Positions 61,743 through 64,000 of a DNA stretch of 64,000 nt are shown piece after piece (the first letter of the stretch is position 1; each line of letters begins with the position of its first letter). The DNA is from Rhizodiscina lignyota. Lineage: Eukaryota. The stretch covers positions 186,001 through 250,000 of the forward strand of contig ML978131.1 of the NCBI GenBank assembly GCA_010015805.1, read 5' to 3'. The translations under genes were made by a program, and so were the position numbers. A model generated the notes under the pieces. That model had not been told where the DNA came from, ran no database searches, and saw nothing but the letters and a program-made list of their open reading frames with translations.

Positions 61743-63085
61743 TCAAACAACCTCCACACCCAGTTGGCCCACAAGCTTCTCCCTCCACCTCTCACACACC
61801 TCCTCAAACCCGCCCACCACCCTTTCACACGTCCTCCCCGCCTCTCTCCCCTTCAGCCTCTCATCCCATCCCCCCTTCTCAATCCACCGTACCCCCTCCT
61901 CCCGCACCTCGCTCTCGCGCTTCCACTCCGCCATTGCCTCCCTTACCGTCCGCAGCCTCCTCGACGCTGTGGTCGTGGTCTGTCGCGACATCTGCAGGGT
62001 GTCCGCGAGGTAGGACAGGGTGGATACTAAGTCGGCGGTGCTGCGGGCGAGGGTATGGATCGCCATGAGGGAGGTGCCCGGGGAGTGTAGGTCCGCGAGA
62101 CAGGACATGGTAGGTTCCAGCATGGGGAGGAGTTCGTCGATGAGCTCGGGTGGTGGTGGGATGGCGAGGGGTGAGATGAGGGAGGTGGAGAGGGAGGCGA
62201 GCTGGCGGGTTTGGTGGGCGAGGTGGGTTGCTACTGCGGAGTGGGCGGTTGCGAGTCTGCGCAGGCGGCTGGGTTAATAAGGACAGTTCGTGCAGCATAG
62301 ATCCAGGAGGTTGCTCTGTGATTGTTAAAGCTTTAGGAATTCTGGGAAACTCACCTCGTCGCACCACCCTCCACCCCAGCCTGACTCCCCAAATCCCTCA
62401 GCTTCTCCACGACCCTCTCAACGATCGCATCGTCTGCGCTACCATTAGTCTCCATGCCTCTCCGCGCCAAACTCTCCACAGCCGCCATCCTCGCCTCCAA
62501 CGTCGCAGATATCAACGGTGCCTCTTCCAAATCGCTCTCCCCGTAGTCCGACCCATCATACTCCGAATACTGTCTCCGATGCCTAGTCCCTTTCTGCTTC
62601 TGCTGCTGCGTAGGCGAGAGATGCGGCCCGGGCTCCAAGCTACCCGCCTTCCTGCCCGTGCCCACCGACGTGTCGGCCGTGAGAGGGGAAGACGAGACGT
62701 CTATGCCGCTATCGCGCGTCTTGTCCGCGTCCAGTCTCCGCCCGTTGACATGGCCATTTGAATGTGAGGCCCCGCCCAACTCTGACACGCCTTCTTCGCC
62801 GAATGTGTCGTCGAGTCCCTCTGCATCGTCCTCCTCATCGCCGTCCCACTCGTCTGCGTCCGCGAGTTCATCTGCTAAATTCCCTAACCCGTCGCCCCCG
62901 CCGCCAAGCGCGCTGCTGTCGCCAACATCGTCGTCGCCGCGGCTGAAGCGCCGCGACACAGGCGACTGTGGTGAGAAGGCGGCAGACGAGCGTCTGCTTG
63001 CGAAGTGTGCGGTGGGCGAGGTGTCGTGAGAGAGGTCGAGGCTCGAGGGATGCCGTCGATGCGGCGTTGTTGCTCGCGCGGACAT
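61743..63085 (-). CDS. Conserved-looking fungal hypothetical protein (acidic N-terminus, helical C-terminus), 2 exons
   Basis: LADELADA, RDSGIDV, EYDGSDYG, GGATR|LATAHSAVATHLAHQTR, LSYLADTLQMSRQ; intron ~62258-62354. Confidence 0.82.
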
Positions 63086-63805
63086 GGTAAGTCTATGTTG
63101 TAGGAATCTTCGTAGGGCCTAGGAGTTCGGAGGAGGTTATGGAGCTGATGATGGGGCTCTTTGTTCCTGGATTCGGGAGAGCTAGATGTCGGCGGAGTGC
63201 GCGTGGCTCATGCAGGGACGTGACGCCTAGTCCGCGGAAATTTATGGTGGCACCATGAAACCTTCGAGATGTGATGGATCCTGTTGAAATTTAAGGGCCG
63301 TGATGGGGGAATGTTCAAGTGCTTCGACACGAACACACAAAGGGCCCGGTGACTTGCAGATGTTGGAGTGGATTCGGACATGCAGACAACAAAGCACTCC
63401 ATCGTCGTCGATAGTTGCATGATGTATCGACAGGGTTCAAGGATGCGGCTCCATTTTCAAGGATCTGCGCCATCGTATAGTGCCCATCGCCATGTAAAGC
63501 ACATCGCAATTAAAGTATGAAGATATCGCTACATGAAAAAGGTATCTGGGGGAGATGGATTTCCACAGCAAATGTGAAAATGCAAGTGATAAAGAGGGCA
63601 GTCGATGCTAATGGAGTGAATCACAACGCCGCCTTCCATGCCTGTAATGCCAATGTACAAAGCCAAAGTAAAGCACCATCGCTTCTTGGGGTCAGAAGCC
63701 ATGCGCACCGCTCAAGATTGCTATGCAACGCCCGCAATGCACCCCAATATGCCGCCCGAGTAATTTGTGGTATATGTGCAAGGAAAGAGGGATCACACGT
63801 GGCAG

Positions 63806-64000
63806 CTAGGTGGACTTGCCCTGCTCGAGGCTGTTCACTTGCTTGATAAAGCCATTCCAAAAGTCCCGGCCACCGTGCATTCGGTCAGCTACAGAGCGTT
63901 AGCAATTGTGAAGATGCTGAGCGTCGAATGTATGAAGCTCACGCCGAGTTCCCCAAACAGACTTGGCTTGAGCGGGACTGTCCTGGGGCTGCTTCCAAAG
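63806..64000 (-). CDS. 3' end of an unidentified gene entering from the right edge
   Basis: LWKQPQDSPAQAKSVWGTR, intron GTGAGC...GCTAAC...TAG, then PDRMHGGRDFWNGFIKQVNSLEQGKST*. Confidence 0.55.

Overview
Gene-dense window of a filamentous ascomycete (Pezizomycotina) genome, judged from short GT-AG introns with CTRAC branch sites, a Zn2Cys6 factor and RIP-type mutation. Housekeeping genes: ERCC6L2-like SNF2 helicase, RRP41, SPA2, C1-tetrahydrofolate synthase, eIF3i/TIF34 and PRKRIP1. Also present: an MFS and a purine-cytosine permease, a DOMON/cytochrome b561 protein, a secreted GH37 trehalase, and a run of redox genes beside a Zn2Cys6 regulator with no backbone synthase (28-39 kb). I saw no tRNA, rRNA, CRISPR array or intact transposon. 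Most notable: (1) four co-oriented orphan ORFs at 0.7-8.0 kb sharing two short motifs, one a pseudogene and one ending in a GW/WG-rich tail; (2) a 362-bp tandem duplication in a promoter, bounded by 8-bp microhomology, whose 21 differences are all transitions of RIP type; (3) several disrupted genes (RNase H, BTB, a 54.8-56.8 kb relic region); (4) a C1-THF synthase with in-frame upstream ATGs encoding a mitochondrial-type presequence; (5) a Kex2-site, GPI-type Gly/Ser protein. All family calls and exon boundaries were made by eye, not by database search.
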